The translations under genes were made by a program, and so were the position numbers. The notes beneath the pieces were generated by a model, which was not told the DNA's origin, ran no database searches, and saw only the letters and a program-made list of their open reading frames with translations. This document shows positions 11,558 through 23,300 of a stretch of DNA of 64,000 bases, in pieces (the first letter of the stretch is position 1; each line of letters begins with the position of its first letter). Source of the DNA: Gnetum montanum (lineage: Eukaryota; Plantae; Gnetophyta); the NCBI GenBank assembly GCA_015680685.1, contig MNCI01000472.1:298531-362530 (forward strand), in the 5' to 3' direction.

Positions 11558-12292
11558 GGCAATGAGATCACTTCATCCATCCATCCATCAAGTCTATGGT
11601 TTCCCTTGGCTTGGAAATGTACAGTTCCCTTCCAATAAGAACTTTAACGAACCGGTGACTGGGCATTTATCAAACTAAGGATGGACTCAAGGATTTGAAA
11701 TGGGTATGACTTCAAGGGAACTTGGTGCTCTTGTGTTGGTCATTCACTTGGGTGCTTGGATGTTTTCTTCTTGGGTTTTCTTACCGTTCCGACGTAACCC
11801 AATAATCGGAAGCTAAGACAATAAACATAAAGAAGTCTTTGCATGGTGTGGTCCCCACGCATAAAAACACAAAACATGAAAAAGAAGAAAAAAAATGGAA
11901 AAAAATGAAAGAAGGAAAAAGGAAGCTAAAAAGCTAAAAGTGAGGATTCAAAGCACACCCCTTAGATGGAATAAATTTGGGCTACAAGCACTGGTTATGG
12001 AACCAAAGTGTTCCCTCTAACTAAGGCCCTTCTCACTTCCCATTCTCTCTGTTGTTTCGTCGGAATGGTGTTGGCTTCTCGAAGTTGCATCCTTGTTACC
12101 CAAGTGGATGATTTCACCAACTGCATTGATGCGAAGTCACTGGAAGTGGTTGGTTTGAGCCCAGAGTTGGAATGAGACTCGCCAAGTCACATTAATCATG
12201 TAACACACAAGGGGCTGTCCACCACCTTGTTCTTGGGATTCCATTCCACTTCTCTTCTTCCCATCCTTCTCTCCATTGTTCACCTCATTGCC
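11558..12292 (+). ncRNA. Putative long-range paired RNA domain in the C 3' non-coding region
   Basis: At least seven nested complementary segment pairs; the homologous region in H keeps pairing with a different sequence. Confidence 0.6.
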
Positions 12293-13210
12293 GGTTGTAT
12301 CATTGTATATACTTTGGTTGATGCTTTGTTTTCTTTTTGGTAAATTCTTCCAGTTAAGACTTTAACTCTTGTTTCCAAAGGACATTCCCCGAGCCCACGG
12401 ACTCTTTGAATGTGGGATTGTTAGGGCTTTAAGGGCATGAGCCTGCTTTGGGGAGGACCCACTGACATTCCTATTTGGGAACATTAGTTAACTTCTTTTC
12501 CTTAACGTTTTGCAATTAATTAACATTTTTGTTCATTTCCATCATGACATCCTTTTTCTCGATGAAATAGTTGTCCCTTTTTACCTATCATTCCTATTCC
12601 TTTTCTCTCTCCATTCTAACGCTACCGGAGGTTCGCAATTAGTCATGGGGGTACGGGGCCTAATTTTTCGATCTTTATCCTAAGCCCCGGATTTTTTCGT
12701 TTTTCTTCCTAACCCCTATACCTTCGGTAATCATCCTCTACATTTTCCCAGATCCATATCAACCATACCACACCTTAGCCAGTGAACTTACACCGAAGCA
12801 AGGTATGCTTTACTTAATGATTCAATTACCCTTGCTAATATATGATGGTGTTGTGTGTACAGATGGCAATCATACAACAACAGAATGGATCTGGCGCAGA
12901 CACTTGGAATGGAGTAGCGCTGAAGCAGCACGCAAGGAGTGGAATTGATAATGCGCTTACAGACGGACAGCGAAAGGCGCAATCTAGGCAATGGCAGTAA
13001 CAAGACTCCTCTCTCCTCTTTTCTCTCAAGCTGCCAACTGTGGCCTGATGTCATTGTAATAAGGTGTTCACCCATATTGTCATGAACACCAGTTTTTGTC
13101 ATGTCTTGTAATAAAGACCGTTCACATGTCATCCCATTAGTTCCATTTTCCCTAATAATCCCATACCTACCTGATATCATTGTAAGGAACTCGAGGACGA
13201 GTTTTCATTC

Positions 13211-13222
13211 AGTCATGGGGGT
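13211..13222 (+). promoter_or_regulatory. Polypurine tract of C
   Basis: AGTCATGGGGGT just before the 3' LTR; an equivalent motif lies before the LTR of H. Confidence 0.85.
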
Positions 13223-13223
13223 A

Positions 13224-14243
13224 TGATGAGACACGATTTGCACTAGGCTGCGATATCGCGTACGCGATATCGCATCCCGCCACCATTTCTATAAATAAGA
13301 GGCGGCACTCCCTTCATTTCCCAATCCTGGCTAGTGTAGCGAAGCTCTGGCAGATTGATCACTCCAGAGTTAGAATTTTTCCCCATGTGCCCGCAGTAGG
13401 AGTCCTAGAGTGAACGGCTCTTTATTCGAGCAGCTTGTAACCTGAACCCAAGTTGTGTACGGCAATAAAGATGAACTTGTTTGGATAAACCTTGCAGCAT
13501 GTGGTTTCATTTATTGCTTTATTTCCTACTTTCCTAGTGTGTTCAAGTACGACTTGATTACGAGCGTCTACGGACGTGTACGGCTAGTCAAGGAATCAGC
13601 TGCTTGACGCAATGCATGAGTACGACTCAATTACGAGCATTGGATGCTTGGTAACCCAGTAGCGTATTCTAGGATTCTGCGCTTGGTAACACCAGGGTCT
13701 AATGTGTACGGCTAGTTGAGGAATCGGCTGCTCATTGCTAGGCTAGATCGTGTGATAAGTACGACTTAGTTACGAGCACCCATGGGTGTGTACGGATGGC
13801 TAAGGAATCGGCTGCTTATCACACGTAGGCTAAATAGGTGCCTCAGTACGACCACTTCGAGCACTTGCGTTACGTGCAACGATCCCAGTAACGATTAGCG
13901 TTTGGTAAGCTGCAGTTGCATAGTTCAGGGTGTGTCCGGCAAGTGGGAACGGATGCTGACACTAGTTAATTTAGACTTAGATCTTAGTTAGAGTTAGTTT
14001 AGTTTTCTCAACCCTTTCTCCTGGTAGCATAGAAGATAAGCCGAAAATACCAAAAAAATCACATACCTCAGACTTGCTTAACCATACACCGTGACACATA
14101 CAAACAAGCCTGGGAAGACAACGAACGATTAACCCCAAGTGTTTCTTGTGGCGTTAAGGCATTTAGTCTGCGGAGTTCGACCGGATCGCGCGTGTACGCT
14201 CGTATTCGTATGGTGGAGTGTAGGGGTACCTCGCCACTCATCA
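13224..14243 (+). repeat. 3' LTR of C (1020 bp), including a second copy of the hairpin array (about 13408-13962)
   Basis: Direct repeat of 6695-7734, followed by the TSD. Confidence 0.97.
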
Positions 14244-15722
14244 GTAATGATTAAAAATACCTATTTCTTACCTAGAATTGATGATTTGTTCAATCAACTT
14301 ACATGAGCATGGTTTTTTGTTTTGAAAATTAATTTAAAATATAGCTACAACCAAATAAGAATTAAAAAGAAATAGAAAAAACTACATTTAAAATAAGGTA
14401 TGAATTATATGAATTCATAGTAATGTCATTCAGGTTGACTAATGCACCTGCAACATTTATGGCTCTTATGAATAAAATCTTTAGAGAATATTTAGATAAG
14501 TTTATCATTGTATTTATTGATGATATACTAGTATATTATAACATAAGAGAGGAACATGTTGATCATGTGGAAACTATTATCGAGATTCTAAAACAAAATC
14601 CATTAAAAGCCAAACTAAGTGCTTGTGAGTTCTTTAAGGAAGAAGTATCTTATCTCAGTCAGATTGTATCAAAATAAGGATTTCAAGTACATTCATCCAA
14701 AGTAAGTGTAGTCAAAGAATGATTAATATTTAAGGATGATATGGTAATTTGTAATTTTCTTTAACTAACTAGATTTTATCACTACTTGATAAAAGATTAC
14801 ACTACCTTGATAATATAGTTGACTAATATTTTACAAAAGAAACATGTATTTAATTTTGAAAAACAAATGCATGGAAGTATTTCTAAGGTTAATGATGCAC
14901 TTAATAACAACTTCTATCTTGAGGATTCTAAACAAATCTACCATTAGGAGTATCTACAAATGCCAATGAAGTGGGAAATAGTATAATTCTTTCTCAAGAA
15001 GATAAGGTGGCATGTTTTGAGTCTTGTAAACTACAAGGAACTATGGTAAATTATTTAACTCATGATCTAGAATTATTAGCTATTATTCATGATTAAAAGG
15101 TTTGAAGACATTATCTTTCTGGGAAAATTTTATTTTAAAAACTAATCATAAAAGTTTAGAATACCTATGAAGACAACCAGTTTTAAATATATCACAACAT
15201 AGGTGGGTGGAACTACTTATAGAATATAATTTCAAGATTAAGTACATTTTTGAAAAATAAAATGTAGTGGCTAATGCCCTTAGATGAATCTAGAACCACA
15301 TGAGTAATGTTATGATAATCCCTATGAAAAAAGAAAATAAGAATCATATAAAGAAAGACCCTTATTTTAAACATGTTTTGACCAACATAACTTCTAAATC
15401 AAACTACCAGCATTCCTCACAAGGAATGTTGATGAAAGATGAGAGAGTATGTATTCTAGAAGGAGTGTGGAGGTATAAGTTACTTAGCAGATCTCATGAA
15501 GTTTCATATGCTAGGTACCCTAGTTATATCAAGACTTATGTAATGCTACACAAGTTTGATTTTTGGCTTGGCATGAAGAATGATATAACTTTATATATCA
15601 AAAATTGCCCAATGTGTCAAAGAGCTACAGCTAAGCAAAGTAAGCCTAGTGCCCTATTACAACCATGAGAAGTCCCAACACAAAATTGGGCAATGTCAGT
15701 ATGGAATTTATTTTAGGATTAT
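14244..15722 (+). pseudogene. Element B segment 2 (RT, RNase H, integrase N-terminus)
   Basis: LPRIDDLFNQL, MSFRLTNAPATF..FIDDILVY, integrase zinc-binding region (YIKNCPMCQR..LLQP). Confidence 0.88.
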
Positions 15723-16226
15723 TATTAAACTTAACATAGTATTATATAAAACAACTTATGAAGGAAATGACATAAAGAACTTAACACTTTGCAAGGAGTT
15801 TATAATATGATAAAAGTTTTGTAACTAGTAACTCTTTTTCAAGAAATTCTTCTAAAAACTTGACTTGGACCTTTTAGTTGTAACAATTTATTCCTTTTAG
15901 ACAACTCTTATTACTACACTTGTACACTTTATAACTTCTTCAACTTAACTTACTTATAGACTTAGAATTGGCTAGAATTTTAACTTGATGAAGGATCGTG
16001 ACTCACTAAAACAACACAATGTAACACATTAATTATGAATTTTTAAGGCCATTTTAATTAGTCTTTATGAATTATTTTATTTAGTAACACATATACTTAT
16101 GAATGACTTTGTTGTGTTACAAATTAATACCATGAGTAATAAATTAGCTCATAGTACTTGGGAATACTAACTTGGCTTAATATGATACTTTACAAATCAA
16201 GATAGTGTATGAATTACTACCTAACC
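15723..16226 (-). repeat. 3' LTR of Copia D
   Basis: Diverged direct repeat of 40781-41317; purine tract (rc) adjacent at 16227-16235. Confidence 0.85.
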
Positions 16227-16399
16227 CTCCTTCTTAATTCATAGATTGTCTTTATTTTGATTCTTTAGAATTTTTCTAAGCAATGTAAAGTGAAAAGAAT
16301 TATGATGAGGATGTTGGAGGATACCAACTATGAACATAACATCAAACTTCTTTTATAATTTTCACATTCTTTAGATATTACTTCTCCTCCTAACTTCAC

Positions 16400-17515
16400 A
16401 TTACAAGAAAGTGGAAATAGAGAGAGATATTCTCAAAATGCATCAAATTATTATTTAGCAAGGACCTTCATGAATCCATAAACTTTCTAAGACTTGGTAG
16501 AGATATACTGCACATCAGCATACTAATCTAGATACTTTTGTTGAACAAAGTAAATGTTGATTTCAAGATTTTTAATTTTTTTCATGATATACAAGATTAT
16601 GAATAATCTTGATTGTCATTTGGTCATCTCAATGGATTGTAATAGGTTTGAAAACTTCAATACTAATTTTCGTAAGAAGCTACTCAATTCATATAACATC
16701 TTGAACCAGCTCTTATAAGACATGATATTTAGCCTCCATAGATGAAAGAGACACCACTTGTTGCTTATTGGTTTTCCAAGTAACAAGTTTTTCAAAAATT
16801 TGAATTAAGAATCCATTACAACAATTTATATCAATGGTATCACCTTCCCATTATGCATTTTTATATACTTTCATAACTTTTTTTTGATGTAGTCTTAAAT
16901 ATTAGTCCATAGAAAATTGTACTTTTAATGTATCGTAAGATCTAGAAGGCTACCCCTAATAATTTTTTTAACAACATATTGAAAATCTAGACTTTTTTTT
17001 ATAAGATACAAAAGAGCACCAATAACTTGTCGATATTAGGAAGGATCAATAATTTCTCCTTCAATGCTAATTTTGAATCCAAGAGACATAAGAATCTAGG
17101 ATTATTTTCACTCCTCCATATTATATTTATCCAATAAATTAGTTATTTACTTTGTTTGAGATAGATATATTTCATCCTTACTCTATCTCAACTACATTCA
17201 TAGATAATAATGTGATAAGCCAAGATATGAGATATCAAGTCATAAGAATAATTGTTGCTTAAACTTCTCTAAGATTCTTGTCTTGAATTTTTCCACAAGT
17301 ATATCATCTATATGAAAGGTTAGGAGCATCTAAATCTTTCCTTTATCCTTGACTATGTATAAATCACCATTCTTTTAAGACTTTATAAATCCATAGTTGA
17401 TCAATCTTTTGATGCCATACTCTAGATGCTTGCTTAAGAAAATATATTTCTTCTCATAACTTACATAAAAAATTTTTATTCTTGACAAATTATTCTACCT
17501 AATGCATGTAGATAC
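16400..17515 (-). pseudogene. Copia D RT C-terminal half and RNase H remnants
   Basis: Reverse-strand LKQASRVWHQ near 17430, DDILV near 17305, decayed RNase H toward 16500. Confidence 0.75.
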
Positions 17516-19407
17516 CATTGGTGACCATTTGGGATGTGATTGTCAATGAAGCTTCTCCAATCAAGGTTTAGGTGCTTGCTAGTCTTTGGCAACACTAAGG
17601 CCCAAATACCTCCAAACAAACTTAGTGGTTGTGAAATGTACTAAACGTGAGTATGTGTTTGCTATTGAAAATGTTGAAATGGTTGGTTCATGTATAAAAC
17701 TGTAATTAGCTATCATAAAGAGATTCAAATAACTTTGTCAAATACTATGAGTTGTTGGAGATTCCTATTTTGTCCAATCACTTAGTCTATATGGTCCTTA
17801 TAATACCTACTTGTAACAAATAAAATTTTACAAAAACATTTGAGCATAATTCTACTAATCTACCCCTAATTTCCCCTAGATAGAAAGTTCCATAAGAAAA
17901 TTAGAAATAGAATGATATTCAATGAACTTAGAAAGAGAAAGAAAAGAAAACAAATTTTTGTAAACTCTCAAATATTTAAGCAAGATAAATTAATACGAGT
18001 AAACACTTCACAATAAAGCTATTACTAATTCAATAACTACAAAATGTCAAAACTTTTTAAACTCAACAAGCAATTTTATAAGGAAAATATTATTATACTA
18101 CCAAAAATTGTTGTGTAAATGACAAAGTATGAGTCTGTATTTTGGTTAGTTAATAGATGTCAAAGATTACATTCAACAAAGCTTTCAAAAAATTTGACAA
18201 TTTCTTAATTGAAATACCAAGGCAATAAACTTTAAAAATAAAGAATTCATTTTAGTCACATCAAAATACCAAAAATTTTCTAGATCCTCTATGCTCAAAA
18301 TAGGAAATTTTGTTAAGATACTACTATTAAATTGCTCTTGAGGCTTCCAACAACATGAGCTCTTCTATGAAAAATCCTAATAGGAGCCTAATATTGCACA
18401 AAAGCAAAGCTATAAAAGCAACCAAGGAAAAATCCAAAAATTAATTTCCAAGCATGATGCTATCTAAACCATTAGCTAAGCAACTAAAATAAAATGGAAA
18501 GAAATGAACTCATAGGATTAAAACAAAGTGGCTGAATTGGTGTCTTCAACAAGCTATCTTACAAGAATTCTTTAAATTTATTTTCCAAAATATTCTCCAA
18601 AAATCCTTTTCAAATCTACCTTTGAAGGTCCTTTTATAGTGACCTTAAGGTAGTGAAAATAATCATGAGAAGTTATAGGTCTTACAAATATCTTAGGCAC
18701 ATAAAATTATAGCCACCATAGGAGTTATAGCTTCCACGAGAATTTAAAGCCACATTTGGCAAGTGTCTTCTTGGTAATGGAAAATCAAAATTAACCAAAA
18801 ATAACTTGAAATTTTAATTGTAACTATCATAAGAAGTTACAACTTCCATGAGGAATCTCAAATCCAATAGAGAATTACATTTGTCAAATGTCTCATTCAC
18901 ACAAATATCTCATAAATTCCTTCTTTTCCATAAGTGACAATATGTTTCCTTTCTTTTATATATGTGAATTATTATCAAAACTCACATCTTATCCTTATGT
19001 TTTTCTTTTTAGTCAAACTCGGTTGCATCAGTGCACAAAACTTTTTATCCTTGTTTTAACATTTGATCATATTTCTTATGCAAAGATGTAACAGGTGTTG
19101 AAATGAGGGTTTGCATTTCATTGCATTGCATCTATCATGTTCTTGATGCCGTAGATGCCATTCTTTATGAGTCTAGGTAGCAACAACAATTTTTTGTGGC
19201 AAAAACCTTGATGGTGCATTTGGAAGTAGAGGCAGTTTTTTCCTTGGGCTCCATCACCATCATTCCAAGAATGATTGTAGAGTATGGCCTTTCTAGATTT
19301 TCCTACATCACATGTATTTTCTAATGATGAATTAAGCTCTACACCAATGTTAGTATTATTAGAGAAAATTCTCTTATCCAAGTTTCCATTGGTTTGATCG
19401 TTTAATT
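17516..19407 (-). repeat. Surviving part of the E 3' LTR
   Basis: Colinear with 34913-36799; similarity stops abruptly where F begins. Confidence 0.9.
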
Positions 19408-20346
19408 CTTATAGCAACCAAAAACATTGGTGGCTGGGATATCGAGGGGTTCACAGGTGCATAGTCCTAAGCTTGAGCTCGCTTAAGGGCCTACTTGAGG
19501 TAGAGATGGGGTGTCCAAAATAGTCTTGTCGATTGAACAGGGACTTACCAAATTGATGCCAAGTAATGCTAAGTGTTTGCATAGTGTAAATGGTGTTAGT
19601 GGTGTCAATGAGGATGAGCATAATCAAGGGTTTTTGCTGAAAAATGGAGGTTTCTGTGCACAGCTATGTGTAAAAATAGTAGAAAATGCAAGTAAAATTT
19701 TGAAAATGCACAGAAAGAGAGTGAGAGAGAATAGAACACCACCCTAAATGGGGTTTAGCATAGTTAACTTTAGAAGTGGTGAGAAGGTACGTAGTGTATA
19801 ATAGGTGTAGTGGACAATGTAGTTACATTCTTAGGGGTGTTTGGCCACAAAGACTAATGTCCCACCATGGTGTTTGTAATTGTTGGATTGGTCGTCATGT
19901 GTGCAATGGGTTGTAGTGTCCTACAGTGAGCTAAGGTGGTGTGTAGCCTTACAAATGCTAATCCAAAATTTGCGAATGCCTTAACTTGCTAGAATGCCAA
20001 ATTCACTTCAAATTTTCCAACCCCTAAAATGTTGAGAATGGGGGTATTTATAAGCCTAGGTTTAGTGTGAAATGCATATCAACTGCCACATGGTAATGGG
20101 ACAGTTGAGACTACGTTGCACCCAAACTACACTCTCCACTAAGACTAGTGGTGTTGTGCTCTACTATGCTCTGAAGGACTCTTCAAGACTATGAATATGC
20201 TACCAACTGCATGTGCATGTCCTGAGAGGACCATAATGTACATAAAAAAATGCAACTTTAGAGACTACACTCTCCATTGTCTTCTGTGGGGTTGAGCATA
20301 ATTACAATTTTGGGACAAAAAGGGGATACAAAAAAGATGCATTTTT

Positions 20347-23300
20347 TGTAACAACGTTGCCCCGACATTGCCCGGCACCCCAAGGAATTCATGAAGATCC
20401 AATGGATCTGGGGACGAAGACCTGGGAAATACTCCTCAAGAAAGCAAGCATCTCACAAGTGCAAGCAGAAGAGAACCAAGCAAACAAGCACACACACAAC
20501 CTTGTAGACCACATCGGTGGGAGGGGAGACAATGCATTTACAAGGGAAGGTACCTCACCCGTAGATCCCTCACAATTTGGTACAAGGTGTGGCATGGCAC
20601 CACACCAAAACTATCCAGTCTTGGCTGCCTACATATCTACGACTGTTGTAGAATCAGGGCCATGTAGTTCTCCACAGTGAAGAGGGGAATGAAGAGGACT
20701 TAGAAGAGAGTTGCAACAGGAGGGTTTCCTATTGCTAGCTTGGTACCACCAAGCGGGGGTGGGTTTTGTAACACTTGAGAGCCACCCAAGGGCACCTTAG
20801 AGTGTTCCATGGCCCCCGAACCATGGGGAGAGCCCAAGAGAACCACCATTCTGGGACATCTCTCACAATCCTCCCCCACATAAAGAAGCGATGTCCTCGG
20901 AGCAGAGACTAGGATAGCTTTGAGTGTACACTTCTAAATGGGTTTGGAACTCCATCAATTCTGGGGATCTGTCAACTCCTTAGACGCCAGGCTTGAAGGA
21001 AGGTACCAACCCCAACACCTGATACGTCCTTCCATCCAATGCCTTGCATGAAATGCAAGGGAAATTGGAGGAAGCCCAAGACTTCCCTTCTCTATACAAG
21101 CAGGAGAGTCCAACCCAAAGGGCCAATGTCTCTAAGGCGTCCCCTAGATCTGTCCCTTCTAAGGGTCTAGAGACATATCTTCTTGCGTAAATCCATAACT
21201 TATGCAAGAAGACAGCTCCTCTTCCACAAGTCCCACCGAGTTCCTCTGTGAATGACATCTTAGCACCATTGATTTTTTTTTATTTTTTTTTATTTTTTGA
21301 GGGCTCAGCAGGGCCACTACCCATGGTGAGGGACTTGGGAACATCACACCGAGAGGGAGGACATGCTTCTAAGAGCCATGTCTCCACAAGCAACTCATGC
21401 TTGCCAAAACTCCATGTTCTTCTACGTGCATTGAGATCAAAACTCCATGTTCTACTACTCGCATCGAGATCCATGGGGTCTCACCAGTGCAACCATCTAA
21501 GCACTGATTCCACATGCATCGGTACCATGTGCATTCTCTTTTTCTCATCATGTTTGTTCAAGCTGGCATGAAGGACGTTAAGCATGTTCACCCTTACAAA
21601 CAAGGTACAATAATAGATCTTTGAGCTTGACCTTGTCATTTGTAGACACCAGCATCGCATGCCTCAATTCATCATTCATCATTCCATAGTATTCCAACGA
21701 GAGAGAAGATCCAAAAATCTATTTGGAAACTTCTCCAGGAGGCTAACATACAAGAAGCCCCAATTTCCAGCAACACCTCTTGTGATTGTCCAGCATCGAG
21801 AATGCCTACTCGAATGTTAGAACAAGTGGAGGGTCAATTGGGCAGCCAACCCCATGACAATCCTCCATCACCTGTCTCATATCATCCGTAAGCACATCAT
21901 CGGATGCCACCATAATATCCCGTTCATGGAGAAGGATCACCCACATTTACCACTTGCAAGCCATCCATCAACTCCAAGTTATGGGACAAGCACCATTTTC
22001 TGAACACAAGGTCTAGGAATGAATATAGAGTCATCTTAGAGAGTAACCAGATCATGAATTCTCCAAGGAACATTAACGTTCTTAGAATTTTCATTTCCCC
22101 ACTATATCAAGAATGACTGCCAATCTCATGATCAACACCTTTCAATAGATTTTGCACTTGCAGGAAGGATCCTCTTTGGGAGGTTTCTTCCAAAAGTAAG
22201 TATAGCAGCCTAGCTACACCTTACCCCTCATACATGCCCAAGTAGTCAATATAGCCAATAGAACCCATATCGTGGAACTGTCACTAGCTGAGGGAAGACA
22301 TGGGTTCATAAGTCTTACCCAAATTCAATTTTCACCTTGAGAACAACTCGAGACACCAAGCATTTTTTTTTCATCTTGGGAGATCTAGGTTTTTGTTTCA
22401 TACATCCCAGTCAAGCCCGTTTACATCAATTTGTGGTGGACAAGGCCGTACCACTACCTATTATCACTCAACCCTGAACAACAGACACAAGTTCACAACA
22501 ACATCTCACCCATAGGAGGACCAAGTCCTCAAGATAGTTTTACATGGAATGGACTTTCATCAACATCATTTACAACTCAAACAAAAAATGAATTAACCCC
22601 GAAGGGTTTACAATAAGGATGGTCTACTAGAGAACCCCAACAAGGAAGTTCCTTTGAAGACCCCAAAACTGAGAGTACACAATATCATGCCCTACTGACA
22701 CAAAGAGTAGTATGTACCTTTAATTTACATCAACAACACGACCTCACAGAGGAGGTTTCATGAATTTCACCAGGGTAACAACATTCAGTCTCGGAGAACA
22801 AGCCTCATGAGTTCACGGACATGGGACCATAGCTAGAAATAAGTCCCAAACATCAACTGCTTCTAGATCCCAAATAGGAGACAACCATCTCAATACCACC
22901 TGCCTTATTATTTCAGGAACTGAAGAGGGCATCCATTGAAAAGGAGAATGATCCCTCATGATCAACTCTGCTATCCCACCAAGGAGGCGAGAACACCAAC
23001 ATGAATTAACCTCACACCAGAGACATGGGACAATACATCTGAGAGGGACTATGTGATACATCAGTGTACATAAGGGACAAGTTACATAGGAAAATTCTGC
23101 AAGACACCATAGCCTATTAGGCACAACGAGTGCCCAATCACAGAATCACACCATAGACAATAATCACATCAATAAGTCTCAATCTATGAGAGGGCATCAT
23201 AGCTCTCCAAAGCACCAAAGGAAATTAGTCACGAGAGCCCACCAACATGCACAAATCATTAGAAACCCCCAATCATGAGAGCATCGGCTCAAGTGTTTTG

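Larger units (their letters stand above)
6695..14243 (+). mobile_element. Element C: complete non-autonomous Athila-type LTR retrotransposon (Gag-protease only)
   Basis: TGATGAG...CTCATCA LTR termini, 5-bp TSD GTAAT (6690-6694 and 14244-14248), tRNA-Asp PBS, PPT, one long ORF; B's RT resumes directly after the TSD. Confidence 0.95.

Noticed and set aside
12788-13180. 130-aa antisense ORF in C, and a short sense ORF after GT..AG signals at 12802-12862
   Set aside because: No recognisable domain and no second copy in the window to test conservation.
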